DNA of 64,000 bases. Source: Camelus dromedarius (Eukaryota). Within the stretch, counting starts at the first letter, position 1. Each line of letters begins with the position of its first letter. Of this stretch, positions 63,462-64,000 are shown one piece after another. The stretch spans positions 91,390,001 through 91,454,000 of the forward strand of contig NC_087472.1 of NCBI RefSeq assembly GCF_036321535.1, in the 5' to 3' direction. The notes under the pieces were generated by a model that was not told where the DNA came from, searched no databases, and saw only the letters and a list, made by a program, of their open reading frames with translations. The position numbers were made by a program, and so were the translations under genes.

Positions 63462-64000
63462 GAATGTGAATATTTTTTGAAGGCCAGTCTCAGTAGTGTG
63501 GAAGAGGCAGAAACCAGAATGCAGTAGCTTCAGCAGTGACAGAAAAGTATGCAAAGCTAAGTAACATATAATAGAGGAGTTGATGCTTTGTGTTATGGAG
63601 TCAAAAAAAAGAAAATTTCATTATGGCTGAAGGAAGCATGGAGCTCTCCATGAAAGAGCAGACAGTGAGAAACTGTGAAGATTCAAGTGAAGAGAGGAAG
63701 GAGAGAAAACAAATGATAAGAAAGGAACAGAGTATGCAAAGACGAAGAAGTAGGAAGTGAAAAAAAAGTCAGTACGTTTGGGATAAGTGGCCAATAAGAA
63801 TGGAAAATTAGGCTAGGTATAGGTCATTAAGCTCCTAGAATACCACAGAAATTTTAACCAAATGATTAAGTTTAGTCCTAAAGAATTAGACTGTAGCAAA
63901 TTTTATTTATTTTGAAAAGATTCTCATTAAACAAAACATATCAGCTTGTAGTAATAAATATTTTGGTCAAGCATCCCCCAAATAATAATCACATTTCAAA

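Overview
AT-rich mammalian genomic DNA, almost certainly from a camelid (camel, alpaca or llama). The assignment rests on a tRNA-Ala-derived Vic-1-type SINE and a recurring young L1 3'-UTR type, both recognised from memory, with no search run. The window is mostly intergenic or intronic and dense in transposons: L1, L2, MIR, MaLR/ERVL/ERV1 LTRs and hAT/Tigger relics. Nearly all ORFs in the supplied track are chance ORFs or L1 fragments. The only host-gene signal is two + strand candidate exons (257-439 and 1705-1809) that splice in phase and end in a stop codon, probably the C-terminus of a gene I cannot name. A full-length processed U1 snRNA retrocopy lies at 13749-13911 (-). The most interesting structure is retrotransposon-related: (i) a five-layer nested insertion stack at 14.1-18.5 kb; (ii) three twin-primed L1 inversions; (iii) L1 copies whose 3' tails appear captured from older repeats, including two ~92% identical chimeric copies 57.6 kb apart, one with a ~180 bp 3' transduction; (iv) a Tigger1 DNA-transposon end apparently retroposed as a polyadenylated RNA; (v) a MER41-like solo LTR carrying a perfect STAT GAS motif; (vi) the antisense U1 copy forming a ready-made cryptic exon. 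I see no evidence of a prokaryotic-type system (CRISPR, operon). Repeat subfamily names and the boundaries of old repeats are approximate.
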